Part shown: piece after piece, positions 63,969-64,000 of the stretch
Layout: every line of letters begins with the position of its first letter
Numbering within the stretch: the first letter of the stretch is position 1
Assembly: GCA_963702435.1 (NCBI GenBank)
Contig: CAVPCR010000002.1
Span: 128,001-192,000 of the forward strand
DNA length: 64,000 nucleotides
Origin: Candidatus Eiseniibacteriota bacterium
GTDB taxonomy: Bacteria > Eisenbacteria > RBG-16-71-46 > CAVPCR01
Reading direction: 5' to 3'
Program-made: the position numbers and the translations under genes
The notes under the pieces: generated by a model
Databases searched by the model: none
What the model saw: only the letters and a program-made list of their open reading frames with translations
Told to the model about the DNA's origin: nothing

Positions 63969-64000
63969 AGTCGACACGCTGCCAGGTTCGCCGGACTGGA

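Overview
Very GC-rich, gene-dense bacterial window that is mostly core genome. It appears to come from a diderm organism: it has an outer-membrane beta-barrel, a lipoprotein, a secreted protein with a FlgD-Ig-like C-terminus and dockerin-like secreted proteins. An FCB-related lineage such as Candidatus Eisenbacteria is my inference only. From left to right it carries: purH (partial)-purC-purN divergent from efp; an accessory module (secreted NHL/FlgD-Ig protein, ECF sigma factor, 19-bp tandem repeat, Ser/Thr kinase-STAND NTPase-TPR protein); comEC; a DUF433/DUF5615 toxin-antitoxin pair; pabB-pabC-lipoprotein-AglB/STT3-like glycosyltransferase; a minus-strand run of polyprenyl synthase, rsfS, argS, a PfkB kinase and an ExeA-like ATPase-SPOR protein; two tandem secreted dockerin-like paralogs; a DUF1611/dipeptide epimerase/CDF/MBL/CCA/M23 operon; pgeF; an extended bacillithiol operon (HDAC-family deacetylase, SAM methyltransferase, bshC, bshB1, bshA); asd and a CysE-like gene; nfeD-stomatin; dcd; a PD40/zinc-finger/GT-C-TPR group; a rhomboid; polysaccharide genes (wecB, WcaJ-like, flippase, three GT4s); an APC-USP transporter; and selC-DUF5683-like-lepA-lepB-hemW. 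I found no CRISPR array, rRNA, integrase or transposase. The best candidates for undescribed biology are (1) the repeat-bridged ECF sigma/kinase-STAND module, (2) an AglB-like oligosaccharyltransferase with a rewired WWDYG motif, (3) the bacillithiol operon extended by a methyltransferase and an HDAC-family enzyme, and (4) the dockerin-like paralogs. Short GC-rich tandem duplications recur across the window, several of them in promoters. All product calls come from reading motifs by eye; no database search was run. Start codons were re-chosen from RBS and overlap evidence and may be off by a few codons.
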